The translations under genes and the position numbers were made by a program. 64,000 nt of DNA from Ectothiorhodospiraceae bacterium (lineage in GTDB: Bacteria > Pseudomonadota > Gammaproteobacteria > Nitrococcales > Aquisalimonadaceae), in NCBI GenBank assembly GCA_020831845.1, contig JAFIFV010000125.1, positions 714 through 64,713 of the forward strand, read 5' to 3'. The notes beneath the pieces were generated by a model. It was not told where the DNA came from. It was given only the letters and a program-made list of their open reading frames with translations, and ran no database searches. Shown one piece after another: positions 63,829-64,000 of this stretch. Each line of letters begins with the position of its first letter. Position 1 is the stretch's first letter.

Positions 63829-64000
63829 TCAGTTGCGGGAACCGGCTGGCGCGATTGCCTGACCGGCCAGGCGTTCCAGCACCAGATAGGCCGCTCCCGC
63901 CACCAGCACGCCCACGACCGGCGCGATGAAGGGGGAGAAGTACGCCACCGCCGCCCCGATCCCATAGGCCGCCAGGCCCGTCCACAGGTAGTCTGGCAGG
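63829..64000 (-). CDS. 3' end of a membrane protein gene (partial, runs off window)
   Basis: My translation is ..LPDYLWTGLAAYGIGAAVAYFSPFIAPVVGVLVAGAAYLVLERLAGQAIAPAGSRN*. Hydrophobic and in the codon-usage style of its neighbours. Confidence 0.4.
   Translation of the reverse strand, partial: LPDYLWTGLAAYGIGAAVAYFSPFIAPVVGVLVAGAAYLVLERLAGQAIAPAGSRN

Noticed and set aside
1-64000. Search for CRISPR arrays, tRNA/rRNA genes, integrases, transposases, prophage or toxin-antitoxin/defence modules.
   Set aside because: None was found by eye. The only repeated sequences are the TIR-bounded element family. The intergenic regions are short and lack regularly spaced direct repeats or cloverleaf-like sequences. 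tRNAscan-SE, Infernal and a defence-system finder should be run to confirm.

Overview
High-GC (roughly 65%) chromosomal segment from a Gram-negative bacterium, probably a gammaproteobacterium (TolC, a TonB-dependent receptor, outer-membrane proteins ending in Phe, Zur and NikR control). I cannot name the species. Coding is dense on both strands: about 60 supportable CDSs. I saw no rRNA, tRNA, CRISPR array, integrase, transposase, phage or recognisable defence genes.

Gene content in order:
- tolC coupled to a PA2778-type cysteine peptidase.
- DUF1244 and DedA genes.
- A Zur-box-controlled operon: His-rich outer-membrane protein plus znuA/C/B.
- CBS-hslR and rraA.
- A phosphoribulokinase-like / degenerate-GGDEF / RuBisCO-like protein (form IV) / cupin string.
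- A TRAP transporter followed by an ethylbenzene-dehydrogenase-type haem-domain protein.
- A nikKLMQO ECF-type nickel importer fused to a TonB-dependent receptor, with mscS-nikR upstream.
- An ATP-grasp gene paired with a 678-aa protein that has a papain-like C-terminal catalytic constellation.
- GST and an HDAC-family gene.
- A five-gene sensory operon (PAS-GGDEF, globin, GAF-PAS, CheY, Hpt-pseudoREC-REC-GGDEF).
- A split yiiD-like GNAT/thioesterase with DUF3581.
- A 1207-aa PAS-GGDEF-EAL protein.
- Two acyl-CoA dehydrogenases, yajQ and an SMP-30 gene.
- A cutinase/PETase-like hydrolase behind an AT-rich tract.
- slyX and small membrane genes.
- An ECF sigma/anti-sigma pair, asparaginase, NDH-2 and a GGDEF-EAL protein.
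- An N-acyl amino acid synthase-like GNAT plus an FAD oxidase.
- chaC and a deaminase.

Most unusual observations:
1. The uncharacterised ATP-grasp + papain-like two-gene module.
2. The prk-like/GGDEF*/RLP/cupin string.
3. A family of TIR-bounded, TA-flanked, strongly hairpinned non-coding elements (two intact copies, two degenerate). One intact copy abuts the prk-like start codon.
4. An unusually high density of c-di-GMP genes.

All family assignments rest on motif recognition by eye. No database search was run.
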